Source: Octopus sinensis
Lineage: Eukaryota
Direction: 5' to 3'
Assembly (NCBI RefSeq): GCF_006345805.1
Contig: NC_043000.1
Coordinates: forward strand, 147,932,001 to 147,996,000
DNA: 64,000 nt
The position numbers were made by a program, and so were the translations under genes. Position 1 is the first letter of the stretch; each line of letters begins with the position of its first letter. Shown one piece after another: positions 61,601 through 64,000 of the stretch. Below the pieces are notes generated by a model. The model was not told where the DNA came from, did not search any database, and saw nothing but the letters and a program-made list of their open reading frames with translations.

Positions 61601-64000
61601 GATTGCAGCTGCAGTGACAGAAACATCACAACAGTAGTGACAATGATTGCAGCTGCAGTGGCAACAACATCACAACAGTAGTGACAATGATTGCAGCTGC
61701 AGTGACAACAAAATCACAACAGTAGTGACAATGCTTGCAGCTGCAGTGACAGAAACAACACAACAGTAGTGACAATGATTGCAGCTGCAGTGACAACAAC
61801 ATCACAACAGTAGTGACAATGATTGCAGCTGCAGTGACAACAACATCACAACAGTAGTGACAATGATTGCAGCTGCAGTGGCAACAACATCACAACAGTA
61901 GTGACAATGATTGCAGCTGCAGTGACAACAACATCACAACAGTAGTGACAATGATTGCAGCTGCAGTGGCAACAACATCACAACAGTAGTGACAATGCTT
62001 GCAGCTGCAGTGACAACAACATCACAACAGTAGTGACAATGCTTGCAGCTGCAGTGACAGAAACATCACAACAGTAGTGACAATGATTGCAGCTGCAGTG
62101 GCAACAACATCACAACAGTAGTGACAATGATTGCAGCTGCAGTGACAACAACATCACAACAGTAGTGACAATGCTTGCAGCTGCAGTGACAGAAACATCA
62201 CAACAGCAGTGACAATGATTGCAGCTGCAGTGGCAACAACATCACAACAGTAGTGACAATGATTGCAGCTGCAGTGGCAACAACATCACAACAGTAGTGA
62301 CAATGATTGCAGCTGCAGTGGCAACAACATCACAACAGTAGTGACAATGATTGCAGCTGCAGTGGCAACAACATCACAACAGTAGTGACAATGATTGCAG
62401 CTGCAGTGGCAACAACATCACAACAGTAGTGATAATGATTGCAGCTGCAGTGACAACAACATCACAACAGTAGTGACAAAGATTGCAGCTGCAGTGGCAA
62501 CAACATCACAACAGTAGTGACATGATTGCAGCTGCAGTGGCAACACATCACAACAGTAGTGACAATGATTGCAGCTGCAGTGGCACAACATCACAACAGT
62601 AGTGACAATGATTGCAGCTGCATTGGCAACAACATCACAACAGTAGTGATAATGATTGCAGCTGCAGTGACAACAACATCACAACAGTAGTGACAAAGAT
62701 TGCAGCTGCAGTGGCAACAACATCACAACAGTAGTGATAATGATTGCAGCTGCAGTGACAACAACATCACAACAGTAGTGACAATGATTGCAGCTGCAGT
62801 GACAACAACATCACAACAGTAGTGACAATGATTGCAGCTGCAGTGGCAACAACATCACAACAGTAGTGATAATGATTGCAGCTGCAGTGACAACAACATC
62901 ACAACAGTAGTGACAATGATTGCAGCTGCAGTGACAACAACATCACAACAGTAGTGATAATGATTGCAGCTGCAGTGACAACAACATCACAACAGTAGTG
63001 ACAATGATTGCAGCTGCAGTGACAACAACATCACAACAGTAGTGACAATGATTGCAGCTGCAGTGGCAACAACATCACAACAGTAGTGATAATGATTGCA
63101 GCTGCAGTGACAACAACATCACAACAGTAGTGACAATGATTGCAGCTGCAGTGACAACAACATCACAACAGTAGTGACAATGATTGCAGCTGCAGTGGCA
63201 ACAACATCACAACAGTAGTGACAATGATTGCAGCTGCAGTGGCAACAACATCACAACAGTAGTGACAATGATTGCAGCTGCAGTGCAACAACATCACAAC
63301 AGTAGTGACATGATTGCAGCTGCAGTGGCAACAACATCACAACAGTAGTGACAATGATTGCAGCTGCAGTGGCAACAACATCACAACAGTAGTGATAATG
63401 ATTGCAGCTGCAGTGACAACAACATCACAACAGTAGTGACAAAGATTGCAGCTGCAGTGGCAACAACATCACAACAGTAGTGACAATGATTGCAGCTGCA
63501 GTGCAACACATCACAACAGTAGTGACAATGATTGCAGCTGCAGTGGCAACAACATCACAACAGTAGTGACAATGATTGCAGCTGCAGTGGCAACAACATC
63601 ACAACAGTAGTGATAATGAATGCAGCTGCAGTGACAACAACATCACAACAGTAGTGACAAAGATTGCAGCTGCAGTGGCAACAACATCACAACAGTAGTG
63701 ATAATGATTGCAGCTGCAGTGACACAACATCACAACAGTAGTGACAATGATTGCAGCTGCAGTGACACAACATCACAACAGTAGTGACAATGATTGCAGC
63801 TGCAGTGGCAACAACATCACATCACACAGTAGTGATAATGATTGCAGCTGCAGTGACAACAACATCACAACAGTAGTGACAATGATTGCAGAGCTGCAGT
63901 GACAACAACATCACAACAGTAGTGACAAGATTGCAGCTGCAGTGACAGAAACATCACAACAGTAGTGACAATTGCAGCTGCAGTGGCAACAAAATCACAA
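58611..64000. repeat. 44-bp tandem satellite/minisatellite, ~120 units, continuing past the window end
   Basis: Consensus AGTAGTGACAATGATTGCAGCTGCAGTGACAACAACATCACAAC; CAGCTG recurs at 59281 and 59325 (period 44). Confidence 0.98.

Noticed and set aside
58611-64000. CRISPR array or repetitive mucin-like CDS
   Set aside because: Units are head-to-tail with no unique spacers, there are no cas genes, and the context is eukaryotic. The 44-bp period is not a multiple of 3, so every reading hits a stop within about three units on both strands.

Overview
This is AT-rich, microsatellite-saturated eukaryotic DNA. The SINE and RTE families look like those of an octopus (coleoid cephalopod) genome; this is recognition from memory, not a database result. 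No intact protein-coding ORF is present. Almost all ORF-track entries are microsatellite translations, antisense frames of SINEs, or frameshifted transposon relics. The window is a layered TE landscape: two tRNA-headed SINE families (over 20 copies or fragments), many RTE LINE 3' ends, R4/Dong-like LINE relics, a Penelope-like element, three Tc1/mariner-class relics, a hAT (Buster/Charlie-like) relic, a Gypsy integrase scrap, a probable solo LTR, and a modular non-autonomous Helitron family. It ends in a >5.3 kb array of a 44-bp satellite with a palindromic GCAGCTGC core. The most notable observations are: (1) a near-intact minimal type I hammerhead ribozyme fold at 38379-38464; (2) a compound Helitron with two 5' ends, present twice, with a shared 3' terminator on three different bodies; (3) SINEs with one head but tails matching two different LINE clades; (4) several near-perfect local foldbacks; (5) a few isolated candidate micro-exons that may belong to a large-intron host gene, strand unresolved. 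Coordinates were read by eye and repeat boundaries are approximate. I found nothing I can support as a wholly new biological system.
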